In this document: positions 6,966-9,198 of the stretch, in pieces
Numbering within the stretch: position 1 is the stretch's first letter
Layout: each line of letters opens with the position of its first letter
Assembly: GCA_000004985.1 (NCBI GenBank)
Contig: GG739044.1
Strand: one strand, 5' to 3'
Source of the DNA: Naegleria gruberi
Taxonomy: Eukaryota
Length of the DNA: 9,198 nucleotides
The notes under the pieces: generated by a model
Databases searched by the model: none
Seen by the model: the letters and a program-made list of their open reading frames with translations, nothing else
Told to the model about the DNA's origin: nothing
Translations under genes and position numbers: made by a program

Positions 6966-7952
6966 ATGGCAATCACTAAAGTCATCATACCTATTGCAGG
7001 TCACGGCACGAGAATGTTTCCTGCATCAAAAGTCATGCCAAAGGCTCTCTTTCCAATCCTTGATCCGAAAGATAAACTTTGCAAGCCTATTTTATTAATA
7101 ATTATTGAACATGCAGTGGAGGCGCTACTTGCAGAACAACCACAAATCGGATGGGATGATATTCAAGTTTGTATTGTCATGCAGGAAAATCAGAGGAGTA
7201 TTATAGAGGAATTTTTCAATGCGCCTTGTGCTTTTTCTATGGAAGGAAAAGCAAAGGAAATTCAAGATTCGATGAGAATGATTGAGAAAATTTCAAAAAC
7301 TCTGACTTTTATTGTACAGGAGGAACAACTTGGATTTGGACATGCATTGTTGTGTTGTGCTGATAAATTCATTAAGGAGAATGAGGCATTTATTGTCTTG
7401 TTGGGAGATCATATCTATACATCGAGGACTCAAAGTGGAAAAAGTTGTTTGCAGTATGCTGTTAGAGCTTTTAACAAGTTCAATAAGGCTATTGTCACAT
7501 TGGATACCATTTCAGAAAAACATACGTATGCAAATGGTGTGCTAAAGATTGGACAAGTATTGGAGAAGGAGAGTGAGGTTGTTTATACGTCCATTCTGAC
7601 TACTATTGAGAAACCGAACAAGATTCAATGTGAAAATCACAATCTCTATATAACAGAGGAGGAGTTACAAATGCTTGAAGTGGAGAGAACATGTAAGAAT
7701 GAAAATGATGTTGTCTGCTATTTTGGCATTGACATTTTAACCTATGAAGTGTTTACCCATTTGAGAGAAAATTGGAAATGTGGAAAACTTCATAATGGTG
7801 AACTTAATTTAAGAGAAGCTATGTGTCCCACTATTGAACGTGGAGATATGGTTGGTGTTTTTGTTAGAGATGCTTCACGGCACGATACAGGATTACCATT
7901 TGAGTATTGGCAATCACTACAAGATTTTTACAATAATATCAAGAATAAATAG
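6966..7952 (+). CDS. galU: UTP-glucose-1-phosphate uridylyltransferase of the bacterial GalU type (NTP_transferase fold)
   Basis: Collinear with E. coli GalU over its whole length. [29 protein letters not shown] aligns with [61 protein letters not shown] aligns with [39 protein letters not shown] aligns with [46 protein letters not shown] aligns with [38 protein letters not shown]. The start is AAAAAAAATGG. Stop TAG at 7950..7952. Confidence 0.9.
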   Translation: [328 protein letters not shown]

Positions 7953-8106
7953 ATCTAATTTATTTAGGAGATTTTCTATTATGCCAAAGATTGGGTTCTG
8001 TAGCATTAAAACCAGAAACGATTATGTCTACCTGTGTGGCCAGAAACAAGTAGGTAAGGGAAATAAATTTATAACACATTAAACTCAATTTTTGAAGTAA
8101 GTTTTA

Positions 8107-9198
8107 CTAGTTGAAAAGGTTATTATAAACGTCATCAGAAGTTTCACCATCAAACAAATCTAAATTTTCTTGGTGATTGACCACTTCTTTTGCATCTTCG
8201 AATTGTTCAATGTAAAGTTGCTTGTGTGCAATTGTATCTTGTGGATTCAAAGTACATTTGAGATCGCAATTTTCCTTATTAAGACGATTGATCTGTTGGA
8301 ACAGTTCTTGGATATTGTTAAAGTGAGCAAGAGCCATTTCAGAAATTTTAACATTGTAATGTTGATGGGTAGAAGCAACGGTATTGTCTCTGTCTTCTAT
8401 TATGCCTTCCAATCGAATAATTTTGGCTATGAGATCTTCTTGAGACATTTGGGCAAGTTCAGCTGGGCGGGATTTATATACTACCTTTGGCTGAGAAAGA
8501 GGTTGACTATTTTCATGTGGAATAGGATTATTTTGAATGGTTGTGCTTGCTGATTGCAAGCTATTAGTGTTTGAATTATTTGCAAAAGCAAGGTCAAGTT
8601 GAGACACCAAATCAGTACTGGCTGCGTCTATTCCAGAAGATGAAGCTTCTCCTGGTTGACTATTGCGCTTTACTTTCTTTCTGGATTCAGAGGGATCAAG
8701 CTTTTCATTGGTAACTGGATAAACCTTTGTACAAACCAATAACTGCAATATTTCCTTGTTATCTTTCGTACAAATCCATAAAATCAATCGACATTTTTCA
8801 CACTTCTTCATCACGCTATGAATTGTCTTGCAACTCTTAATGTCCAAGGAACCAGAAGATTTCTTAATATCTGTATCTCCAATAATCTTACAAACTTTGT
8901 CTTTTTGACTCTCATCAACACCAAACAAGAATATTTCCAAATTATCAATGTCTCCATATTGTGAAATTCCACTTTTTTTAGACAAGGCAAGTTTTCTTCT
9001 TCTCAAAGACACTCTATTTTGATCATTCTCAAATTCTTCAGTCTCAACCAAATTCGTCTTCATGATGATGTCTTCATAGATATCCTGAATAAAGGTTGCC
9101 ATGTCCTTGTCTCTCTTCGGAGGACTTGTTGGTTTCTTCTCTGCAGGAATATCATCTAAAATATTGCAAAAGGTANATTCGTTCCTTCTCCACAAGCG
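8107..9198 (-). CDS. Hypothetical protein, 5'-partial (the frame is open to the window end), with a Cys cluster and a coiled-coil-like C-terminal region
   Basis: Over 360 open codons. An in-window Met at 9195 exists, but the frame continues to 9198. A single n at 9176 gives an X in the translation. Central CKTIHSVMKKCEKCRLILWICTKDN carries three Cys within about 15 residues (CKTIHSVMKKCEKC) and a fourth 7 residues downstream. The C-terminal third is heptad-like (IAKIIRLEGIIEDRDN..., NIQELFQQINRLNKEN). No recognisable family. It is convergent with the GalU gene, with 154 bp between the two stops. Confidence 0.6.
   Translation of the reverse strand, partial: RLWRRNEXTFCNILDDIPAEKKPTSPPKRDKDMATFIQDIYEDIIMKTNLVETEEFENDQNRVSLRRRKLALSKKSGISQYGDIDNLEIFLFGVDESQKDKVCKIIGDTDIKKSSGSLDIKSCKTIHSVMKKCEKCRLILWICTKDNKEILQLLVCTKVYPVTNEKLDPSESRKKVKRNSQPGEASSSGIDAASTDLVSQLDLAFANNSNTNSLQSASTTIQNNPIPHENSQPLSQPKVVYKSRPAELAQMSQEDLIAKIIRLEGIIEDRDNTVASTHQHYNVKISEMALAHFNNIQELFQQINRLNKENCDLKCTLNPQDTIAHKQLYIEQFEDAKEVVNHQENLDLFDGETSDDVYNNLFN

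Noticed and set aside
7312-8553. ORFs 7312..7545(+), 7834..8082(+) and 8170..8553(+)
   Set aside because: They are alternative-frame or antisense ORFs inside or abutting the GalU-like gene and the 8107..9198 gene, which are better supported.
1-9198. Reading the window as bacterial (operon, CRISPR or defence island) because of the GalU hit
   Set aside because: The tRNAs are eukaryotic class II tRNA-Ser with T-tract terminators. The window has scaffold-style N gaps, an ALKBH6-like gene, A-rich Kozak-like starts and no Shine-Dalgarno or operon organisation. There are no direct-repeat and spacer arrays.

Overview
The window looks like a gene-dense stretch of an AT-rich eukaryotic draft assembly, fungal or protist-like. 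Intergenic DNA is very AT-rich, there are three runs of N (two gaps plus a single n), and there are two intron-less tRNA-Ser genes with eukaryotic class II structure followed by T-tract Pol III terminators. I can support eight protein-coding genes, most on the minus strand: (1) a secreted NHL-repeat protein at 1..958(-), which the ORF track misses because it runs off the window edge; (2) a 318-aa hypothetical whose 5' end runs into an N gap; (3) a Ser/His/Asn-rich low-complexity ORF; (4) an AlkB-homolog (ALKBH6/4-like) 2OG-Fe(II) dioxygenase; (5) an Exo_endo_phos (EEP) family hydrolase split by a 238-nt gap; (6) a small Lys-rich basic protein; (7) a clearly bacterial-type (GalU-like) UTP-glucose-1-phosphate uridylyltransferase on the plus strand; and (8) a 5'-partial hypothetical protein with a Cys cluster and a coiled-coil-like tail. 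The two features most worth follow-up are the prokaryote-type GalU gene in eukaryotic, AT-ameliorated context, which is a candidate for ancient horizontal transfer, and a roughly 860-bp segment immediately upstream of it. That segment is bounded by imperfect inverted repeats built from palindromes (TTCCGGAA core, AAAAAGGCGCCTTTTT, AAAAGTCGACTTTT) plus clustered TCAAAC-type motifs, and it encloses the small basic ORF. It could be a MITE or foldback-like element, or duplicated promoter modules. Apart from these, the window looks like ordinary housekeeping chromosome; I see no CRISPR, rRNA or clear autonomous transposon.
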